From OCS155 cluster bacterium AG-426-D23 (GTDB lineage Bacteria; Actinomycetota; Acidimicrobiia; Actinomarinales; Actinomarinaceae): DNA of 64,000 nt. The position numbers were made by a program, and so were the translations under genes. Positions 47,894 to 54,995 of this stretch are shown piece after piece. Below the pieces are notes generated by a model, which saw only the letters and a program-made list of their open reading frames with translations, did not search any database and was not told where the DNA came from. The stretch covers positions 7,237-71,236 of the forward strand of contig QCNO01000002.1 in NCBI GenBank assembly GCA_003213165.1. Direction: 5' to 3'. How positions within the stretch are numbered: position 1 is the first letter of the stretch; every line of letters starts with the position of its first letter.

Positions 47894-48493
47894 TTATTCA
47901 TCCCATTCATCATCCTTTAATTCATCTGGAAGATTTTCTTCGCATGCTTGCCATGTTTGTACAATTGGATCGTCTTCTCTAAGTTCCCAATCATCATCAA
48001 TATAAGCATCTAACCTAACTTCTCTGTTGAAATAGTTTGGATCAGGTACTTTTGGATAGCCATTTTCTCGAAAACATTTTGCCATGAATAGAGATCTATC
48101 AATCTCTTTTGAAACCTGGACAGGATCTTCAAACTGATTTTCTTCAGCCACACCCCACAAGTTATACTTCAAAGCACATTCCTCAATAATACTCCAAAGT
48201 TCTTGTGCCTCTTGTTCAGTTATTGTTTCAAAATATGAAGCTATAGTCGTATATAGGTCCAGAAAGTTTTTTGGCTCTTTAAATTTATAACCAGACTCAT
48301 TTACACATTGGACAAGAACTAAAGGAGCATCTTCATCTGAAATTTCTTCTCGTTCGTCTGCTAAGTCAACACCCAAAGCAATTGCCTCTTTACCTTTGTC
48401 GGTATCTGCAACAGAGACAACAGCTTGCTCGTCTTGTTGAAAAAAAGAGCATGCTGTTAAAAAGATAAATACAACTGATGCTTTTTTATACAT
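47894..48493 (-). CDS. Two-repeat Cys-pair lipoprotein (paralog 3)
   Basis: Start moved to MYKKASVVFIFLTAC; LVQCVNESG...EEC and MAKCFRENGYPKVPDP...WQAC. Confidence 0.75.
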   Translation of the reverse strand: MYKKASVVFIFLTACSFFQQDEQAVVSVADTDKGKEAIALGVDLADEREEISDEDAPLVLVQCVNESGYKFKEPKNFLDLYTTIASYFETITEQEAQELWSIIEECALKYNLWGVAEENQFEDPVQVSKEIDRSLFMAKCFRENGYPKVPDPNYFNREVRLDAYIDDDWELREDDPIVQTWQACEENLPDELKDDEWDE

Positions 48494-48518
48494 AGGAAAA
48501 TTATAAAGAAACCTAGTC

Positions 48519-49103
48519 TTATCCCCCACCTTGTTCTGGCGGTTCAAGTCCGAGGTCATCAAAGCACTCTGCAGCAGCTTCTCTAATTTGATCTTCAAGA
48601 TATTGTCCAGACTGTACTAATCCAACAAGAATTGGCCTTAGGGGTCTGTCTGCACTTGGGTCTTCAACCTCTATACCTTTTTCCCTCAAACATTGAGCAA
48701 ACTCAAGTTCTGTATCGAGCCTATCTGCAACATCTTCTGGATTTTCAAAATCTGCGTTATCTCCTAGTGGTATATTGTTTTCTTCTGCACATGCTTGAAT
48801 AGTCTCAAAAAGTTGTGTTCTTCCTTTTTCATTAGTTGCAAGAAAAATTGGCGTTAAAACACTTCTAAGACCTTCATCATTTTTTGGATCTTTGACGTCA
48901 TAGCCATTGTCCCTTAAGCATCTTGCCATTAAAAGCTGGGCATCTTCAGGTGATAAATTGTCTTCAATAATATTTTCTACAATTGTTGTAACTGTATTGA
49001 CTGTAGATAGATCTTCTGTGGAAACTACACCTTGTGAACTATCTGGAGCTGAACACGCAGCAATCAAAATAGACATAAAGATTATTAAGCAATTATTTTT
49101 CAT
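48519..49103 (-). CDS. Two-repeat Cys-pair lipoprotein (paralog 2)
   Basis: IAAC lipobox; MARCLRDNGYDVKDP...IQAC and FAQCLREKGIEVEDP...AAEC. Confidence 0.8.
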   Translation of the reverse strand: MKNNCLIIFMSILIAACSAPDSSQGVVSTEDLSTVNTVTTIVENIIEDNLSPEDAQLLMARCLRDNGYDVKDPKNDEGLRSVLTPIFLATNEKGRTQLFETIQACAEENNIPLGDNADFENPEDVADRLDTELEFAQCLREKGIEVEDPSADRPLRPILVGLVQSGQYLEDQIREAAAECFDDLGLEPPEQGGG

Positions 49104-49599
49104 ATCCTAATTCACCATATCCACACTCTTTTAATAATGGAGAAATTTCCTCTTTTGATTTATCTAATTCACTTAAATCTATTTTAGGTTCTTGTTGAGT
49201 TGGGTCTGAGACGTTGATGCCTTTTTCTCTTAAACATTTCGCTAGTTGAAGATTTTCATCATATAGTTTTGCAAGATCATCTGGGTTTGATGAAGATGAA
49301 TCTGACCACAGATTATATTTATTTATACAATAATTAATGTCTTCTCCTAACTGTGATTCCTCATCTTTAGTATTACTTAATTGACTAATAGTTGTTTTCA
49401 AGTCTTGTATATCAAAAGGGGTTGCAATGTTGTAACCCTTTTCTTCATTTAAACATTGAGTTAAAACGATCGGATAGTCTTCTTCTGCAATTACTAAAGA
49501 AGTGGTCGTGGTATCTGTTAGAGAAGCTACTCCTTCATTACTGGTTGTTGAGCATAAGTTTATAAAAAGAATAAAAATTAAAAGATTTACTTTTTTCAA
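49093..49599 (-). CDS. Two-repeat Cys-pair lipoprotein (paralog 1)
   Basis: Signal peptide with Cys16; LTQCLNEEKG...NYC and LAKCLREKGINVSDP...KEC. Confidence 0.75.
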   Translation of the reverse strand: MKKVNLLIFILFINLCSTTSNEGVASLTDTTTTSLVIAEEDYPIVLTQCLNEEKGYNIATPFDIQDLKTTISQLSNTKDEESQLGEDINYCINKYNLWSDSSSSNPDDLAKLYDENLQLAKCLREKGINVSDPTQQEPKIDLSELDKSKEEISPLLKECGYGELGYEK

Positions 49600-49601
49600 A
49601 T

Positions 49602-50693
49602 TTATTTATTCCTTAAACCAAACAAGGGTCTTAATAGTTTGATATTTTTTACAGCATGGTAAATAGTAAGAGATAAGAAACAAATTAAAAATAAAGCAAT
49701 TGGAAATTTTATTATTGGATGAATGTTTGATCCAGCAAAAAAATACATGACTGCCATTTGTGCCGGCAGGTGAACAATATATACAGGATAAACAGCTGTT
49801 TTGTAATATGTTAATTGTGGTGAATCTTTGTTTAGGTAAACTGCAGCAATGCCGAGAAGTGCAAAAATAAAATTAAAAGACTCAAAAGCTATCAGCCTGT
49901 TGTCTAAGGCGTAATCTTCAAGGAAATTGTTAAAAAATCTGTAAAAATATGATGTTGCACCTAATCCTAGATGTAACCGCCAATTTTTTTTATTCGATTC
50001 CCAAAATGCATCCCCCTGAGAAGTGAGAATTATTCCTATAAAAAACCATAGAAAGCCAAGTAGAAAACCATGGTCTGTAAGCGCATATGAGTTGTAATAA
50101 TCTCCATATGTTTCAGTTTTAAACCTTGATAGATTCAATAGGTGCCCCTCAGCTATTATGGGAATTGCGAATAAAAATATGCCTCCAGGTTTGTTGAGTA
50201 ATGAAGCAATAAAGTTTTCTTTTGAGATAAAATTCAAAATCGGAATAAGAACTATGCAGTAAACAAAAATATTAATCAAAAACCATAGATGTAGCCCGTC
50301 ATACTCTAAAACAAAGAAAACAGCTTCGCTAATTTCGTCTAGCCACCAATAGTTATAATATCTTCCGACAATCAAAGCAGAAGAGGTTGAAAATACAAGA
50401 GTTCCAAATAACCAGGGTAAGATAAGGATTTTTGTTCTCTCTTTGAATATCTGCATCTTAGTTCTTTTGCTAAATGAAAGCCTTAGAGCGACTCCTGCAA
50501 TTAAGAAAACAAGAGGTATTCTCCAGTTGTTCATGATGTTTAATAACGTCCATATACCCCCTGACATTCTTTTGTTCTGAACAAAGAGTATTTGTGGAGC
50601 AATCAAAGTGAATGAAATTCCGAGATGATAAAAAATAAGAAGAAACATTGCTATGGATCGCAATGCATCAATATCATATCTTCTTTGATTCAT
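49602..50693 (-). CDS. Acyltransferase-3 family membrane protein (OpgC-like)
   Basis: RRYDIDALR, WRIPLxFxxAG, ER, HLWFL and YPVYIVH motifs. Confidence 0.85.
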   Translation of the reverse strand: MNQRRYDIDALRSIAMFLLIFYHLGISFTLIAPQILFVQNKRMSGGIWTLLNIMNNWRIPLVFLIAGVALRLSFSKRTKMQIFKERTKILILPWLFGTLVFSTSSALIVGRYYNYWWLDEISEAVFFVLEYDGLHLWFLINIFVYCIVLIPILNFISKENFIASLLNKPGGIFLFAIPIIAEGHLLNLSRFKTETYGDYYNSYALTDHGFLLGFLWFFIGIILTSQGDAFWESNKKNWRLHLGLGATSYFYRFFNNFLEDYALDNRLIAFESFNFIFALLGIAAVYLNKDSPQLTYYKTAVYPVYIVHLPAQMAVMYFFAGSNIHPIIKFPIALFLICFLSLTIYHAVKNIKLLRPLFGLRNK

Positions 50694-50721
50694 ATGAACA
50701 ATATTACAGCTTAAGAGGTGA

Positions 50722-51156
50722 TTAATTAAACTTCAGTTTTGCTTTAAGTTCTTCAGTAATGGGTGTTGGCTTCATTGTTGTTTGATCAGTATAGACATGA
50801 ACAGCCTCGCAAGAGCTAACTAAATCCCCTGCTTCTTTTAGAAACATTCCCATAATCCAAGTCATGCTCGAATTCCCTATTTCTTTTACTTTGACGCCAA
50901 TTTCTATATCTTGATCAAAGTAAAGAGGTTTGTTGTACTGAACTAACACCTGTACGGTGTGAAAATCTTTTTTTGTCTCTTCGATATCGCTCAAGTAGTC
51001 GTAATTAACATGCTTAAAGTAGGCAGTAATTGCTTGATCAAAAAATGCGACGTGATTAGCGTTGTGCATTACTCCCTGAGGATCTAGTTCGTAGTATCGA
51101 ACTGTTGCCTCCCAAAAAACTTCGAATTGGTCTTTTGATAGTTTTATTTTTGACAT
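50722..51156 (-). CDS. Acyl-CoA thioesterase (4HBT/YbgC family)
   Basis: VRYxExDxQGVxHNA motif, hotdog-fold size. Confidence 0.88.
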   Translation of the reverse strand: MSKIKLSKDQFEVFWEATVRYYELDPQGVMHNANHVAFFDQAITAYFKHVNYDYLSDIEETKKDFHTVQVLVQYNKPLYFDQDIEIGVKVKEIGNSSMTWIMGMFLKEAGDLVSSCEAVHVYTDQTTMKPTPITEELKAKLKFN

Positions 51157-52359
51157 TTATACAAATATTTGGGTTTTTGGTTCTATTCCGCCGGTAAGCG
51201 GCATGGCATATTCAAAAAAGTCATTTGTAACATATGGTTTGGATTCGTCTAAAAATTCCTTAGGCATGTCTTTTGTGTGTTTAGCGACTTTGCTCAAATC
51301 TACAACATCAACATCGCAGTGATATGTTTCTGACAGTTGTCTTTTAAGAATTACTGATCCACTCTGTAATTCTTTTGAAAAAACCACAGCATGATGTCCT
51401 ACTCTCTCGGCTTCTTCAGCATCTATATCGGATACATCCGCTAAAAATGATCTCTGTAAATAACCAAAGGTGTCCGCCCTAACTCTTGCACCATCAATAT
51501 GTTGTGAAACTATATTTGTTAATGTATCACCTAGTGCACCTGAGCCTGAAAGTTGGATGTTCCCATGGCTATCTTTTTTTCCTGCCAGTCCAGAACCTGT
51601 TTCGCTAGCATATGTTTGAAGAAAATATTCACCATCTTCGTTGTGAATTCCTTCAGAAACAGCAACTACACACCTTCCAAGCGAATCATATACTTCTTTA
51701 ACTTCTTTCAAAAAGGTTTCAATGTTGAATACTTTTTCAGGGACATATACTAAATGCGGACCATCTTCTTCGGTAGATTTCCCCAAGGTACTTGCAGCAG
51801 TAAGCCACCCTGCATGTCGGCCCATTAAAACGTTTATTTTAATACCTCTAAGACTCCTGTTGTCTGCATCATCACCCTGAAAAGCATGAGCTACAAATCG
51901 AGCTGCTGAACCGTATCCGGGACAATGGTCTGTTTCGCGTAAGTCATTGTCGATTGTTTTAGGAATATGAAATGCTTTCATTTCATATCCTATAGATTTT
52001 GCCCCTCCAGAAACTAAATTAGCTGTTTCAGCCGAATCATTACCTCCTATGTAGAAAAAGTTTCTGATATTCTGTTGTTCAAATATTGAAACAAGTTTTT
52101 CTATATCTGAGTCAGTAGGCTTTTTTCTTACTGAACCTAAAGCTGCGGCAGGTGTTTTTCCAATGCCATAAAGTTGTGCTTCAGACAGATTTGAAAGATC
52201 TACAAAATCTTCATTGAGCATTCCTTCTAATCCGTGCTTTGCTCCTAGGATTTCATCAAAATCTGATTTAATTGCTTCTTTAATAAAGCCCACTAGTGAT
52301 CTGTTTATGACAGCTGTTGGACCACCTGATTGTCCAATAACTGCTTTGCCTAGTGGCAT
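51157..52359 (-). CDS. pfp: Phosphofructokinase, predicted PPi-dependent
   Basis: QSGGP, GGNDS (Asp at the 104 position), PKTIDND (Lys at 124) and MGRHAGW motifs. Confidence 0.85.
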   Translation of the reverse strand: MPLGKAVIGQSGGPTAVINRSLVGFIKEAIKSDFDEILGAKHGLEGMLNEDFVDLSNLSEAQLYGIGKTPAAALGSVRKKPTDSDIEKLVSIFEQQNIRNFFYIGGNDSAETANLVSGGAKSIGYEMKAFHIPKTIDNDLRETDHCPGYGSAARFVAHAFQGDDADNRSLRGIKINVLMGRHAGWLTAASTLGKSTEEDGPHLVYVPEKVFNIETFLKEVKEVYDSLGRCVVAVSEGIHNEDGEYFLQTYASETGSGLAGKKDSHGNIQLSGSGALGDTLTNIVSQHIDGARVRADTFGYLQRSFLADVSDIDAEEAERVGHHAVVFSKELQSGSVILKRQLSETYHCDVDVVDLSKVAKHTKDMPKEFLDESKPYVTNDFFEYAMPLTGGIEPKTQIFV

Positions 52360-52362
52360 TTT

Positions 52363-53271
52363 CTAACTCCCGTTTTGATATACCGAAATAAAACTTAAAT
52401 AAGAATCAGCAATTTCTGAAACTGCTTCTTCTCTGGATTTATCACCACTGTGCCACCCTTTAAGTGAGTTCCAAAATATTGATCTTCCAATTGCAAATCC
52501 TTTGTAGCCATCTACAGATGAGCCTGCTCTGAGCCATTCATTAACCTTTTCATCATTCGCTCCTCTTCCCAGAACAACTGCAATCACATCTTCTCTTCCA
52601 CCGTCTTTAATAGCTTTTGAAACATTTTCGTTATCTTCAACCGTGTCTAAGCCCTCAATCTTCCATATATCTGGATCAGCACCCTTTTCTCTCATTTCTT
52701 CAACAACTTGTACTGCAAGCTTAGGTCTTATTTCAGAATCATATTTAGCTTGGTCTCCATCTACACTTGCCAATTGTTCTTCAGTTGCAGGTATTAAAAA
52801 CTCTAAAAGAAACTTTCTATCGTTTTCATCTAACCAATCTGAAAGTGTTTTTATTCTTTCGCCTTGAACCTGCCTAGTTTCAGAATCATCACTTGGATTC
52901 CAACGAACAAGTATCTTTACAAAGTCTGCATTTACTTCTTTTATTTTTTCACCAAAGTCACTGCCGTATTCAAAGTCAAAAATCTTTTGTCCTGATTTTT
53001 CAACAGGAGCGGCAAACTTTATTCCTATTTCTTTAGCTTTTTCTTGAACTTGAAGTCCAAAGGATTCGTCAACAAGAATTGCTGGATCTCCACCATTTAT
53101 ACCTTTATTTTGTGCTTCTAAAAAACCATCAAAAATAATGTCTTTCATGGAGGATACCCTGGCAATTTCATCCTGCGTTGGTGGTCTTTCTTCCACTCCT
53201 AAAAGTCCTTTGGTTAAAGTGCCTCTGTGGTCGAAAGCAAGAATATATAAGTCGTTTGGGTATCCTTTCAT
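52363..53271 (-). CDS. Stand-alone DUF2090 class I aldolase-like protein
   Basis: LAFDHR, KxLV, LLE, PDIWKIEG, VLGRG and GFAIGRSIF motifs. Confidence 0.8.
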   Translation of the reverse strand: MKGYPNDLYILAFDHRGTLTKGLLGVEERPPTQDEIARVSSMKDIIFDGFLEAQNKGINGGDPAILVDESFGLQVQEKAKEIGIKFAAPVEKSGQKIFDFEYGSDFGEKIKEVNADFVKILVRWNPSDDSETRQVQGERIKTLSDWLDENDRKFLLEFLIPATEEQLASVDGDQAKYDSEIRPKLAVQVVEEMREKGADPDIWKIEGLDTVEDNENVSKAIKDGGREDVIAVVLGRGANDEKVNEWLRAGSSVDGYKGFAIGRSIFWNSLKGWHSGDKSREEAVSEIADSYLSFISVYQNGS

Positions 53272-53282
53272 AAAATCTCCTT

Positions 53283-54203
53283 TTATGTTTTTACTTTTGA
53301 ACTATTTCGTGTAAAAACAAATAGCATAATTACTAAAAACAATAATGATACTAATAGTAAATAATCAGAATATTGGTTTGTTTCAACACTTTCTTCAAAT
53401 GTTGCCGCCAAAACTTCTACAAGCTGCAGCGTTGTTGTTCCCCAATTGCTGGCGAGTGTGTCATCTAAAAAGACTACCCTAGAATTTTGAACTGCAGATA
53501 TATCACCCCACCCATCTCTAATCGAAAGATCTTTGTTTAAGTAATCTGAATGCCCTACAACAATAAAATCGGGATCAGATTCTATTACCATTTCTTCAGT
53601 TAAAGCTGGGTATCCGCTTCCATAAGGATCTTCCTCGGAATTAGCAATGTTTGTTACTCCTAGTAAGTTATAGATTTCGCCGATTAGAGATTCTGAATTA
53701 ACGCTGTAAATTCCATATGAATATCCAATTTCATGGTAAACATTTACATCTTGGTAATTAGAATTATTTATAATTCGATTGATCTCTAGCTTCATATCTC
53801 TAATTGTTGAAGAAGCCTCGTTTTTCTTATTCACTATATCTCCTATAGTGGAAATTTGTGCGTATACGTCGTCTAAGTTTTTTGCTGGAGGTAATAAAAC
53901 ATAGTTTATTTCTTGTGCTTTAAGCCCTTCAACTATCCCGTTAAAGTCGAATGCAATAATTACAATATCTGGATTAAGTGGCACTAGTTCTTCGGCTGTG
54001 ACTGTATAAGCATCTATTATCTCAACAGGGAAATCAACCTCAGAAAAAGCATCTACTCCAACAAGTGTATTCTCTGCTTCTAATGACTGGATTATTTCAG
54101 TGTGAGTTGTAGATAACGAAATGATTTTCATCTCGTTGTTTTCTTGCGTTTGGTTCGAACACATCGAAACCAACAAGGCAAGAAGAATAAGTTTAGTTTT
54201 CAT
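53283..54203 (-). CDS. Cobalamin-binding ABC substrate-binding protein (BtuF-like)
   Basis: IISLSxxxTE, VGVD, LNPD and DPDxI helical-backbone motifs; B12 riboswitch upstream; start moved to MKTKLIL behind SD AAGGA. Confidence 0.8.
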   Translation of the reverse strand: MKTKLILLALLVSMCSNQTQENNEMKIISLSTTHTEIIQSLEAENTLVGVDAFSEVDFPVEIIDAYTVTAEELVPLNPDIVIIAFDFNGIVEGLKAQEINYVLLPPAKNLDDVYAQISTIGDIVNKKNEASSTIRDMKLEINRIINNSNYQDVNVYHEIGYSYGIYSVNSESLIGEIYNLLGVTNIANSEEDPYGSGYPALTEEMVIESDPDFIVVGHSDYLNKDLSIRDGWGDISAVQNSRVVFLDDTLASNWGTTTLQLVEVLAATFEESVETNQYSDYLLLVSLLFLVIMLFVFTRNSSKVKT

Positions 54204-54289
54204 TATTTCCTTTCTTACCTTGAGAAAATAGAGAAACTTCAAGAATTTCTAGAAACTTCATTCCTTCTCTCGAGGACTGTTGTTTAAAC

Positions 54290-54370
54290 AATAACGAAGG
54301 CGACCTGACTTATCTTTCGATTCACAGTTGCGGGACAGTGCTAGAATTCCACTAGCTTCGCTCCATTATT
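54290..54370 (-). ncRNA. Cobalamin riboswitch (compact)
   Basis: Minus strand GAAGCTAGTGGAATTCTAGCACTGTCCCGCAACTGT...AAGTCAGGTCGCC; closing helix AATAATGGAGCGA / TCGCCTTCGTTATT. Confidence 0.88.
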
Positions 54371-54387
54371 CTTGAAATAGTAGCAGG

Positions 54388-54993
54388 TTAAATTTCTTCG
54401 TCTTCTTGGTTTTCTTTATTTTTCAACGCATCCATTAGAGTAGGTTCTTCTATGTCTCTCGGGACATCTGGTCTTGGTAGGTCCTCATTAATTGAACTTT
54501 TTTCCTCTAATGATTCTTGTCTAACTTTTTTTATCGAATTTACAATAGACATCAACACTGTTTCTTTTTGTTCATTTTTGTTGTAGTCTTTAGTTTCTTC
54601 GGTTACTGTTTTTGAAGGAGTTTCTAAATGCGACTCTTCTAAGACAACTACCTCAATACCTCCAACAAGATCAGAAACTAGATTGTAGAAAAAGGCACCA
54701 ATAGTAGCAAGGGCTGTTTGCGTCAACATATAAACTGCTGCAAGAGAAACTACACTTGTAAAGAGTGTTTCAATATTTCCTACTAGTGAGGCATCTTGAT
54801 CAAGAAGAGCTAGTCTTCTTGCAATGTCTTCAAGACCTTGTGGAACTCCAGCATTAACCAGTAAAACCCACATTATTGATAACCCGAGTACAACTGACAA
54901 TGCAACTACAAAATTGAGCACTAACGTTACTTTTAATACAGTCCAGGGGTCTATTTTTCTTATTATTCTTCTAACTCTGTTTACTCTGACCAT
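54388..54993 (-). CDS. DUF3566 membrane protein
   Basis: RKIDPWTVLK and YNLVSDLVGGIEV motifs; canonical position after gyrA. Confidence 0.88.
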   Translation of the reverse strand: MVRVNRVRRIIRKIDPWTVLKVTLVLNFVVALSVVLGLSIMWVLLVNAGVPQGLEDIARRLALLDQDASLVGNIETLFTSVVSLAAVYMLTQTALATIGAFFYNLVSDLVGGIEVVVLEESHLETPSKTVTEETKDYNKNEQKETVLMSIVNSIKKVRQESLEEKSSINEDLPRPDVPRDIEEPTLMDALKNKENQEDEEI

Positions 54994-54995
54994 TT

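Noticed and set aside
54204-54242. Longer start for the BtuF-like ORF
   Set aside because: It lies in the riboswitch expression platform; the ATG at 54203 has an SD and begins the signal peptide.
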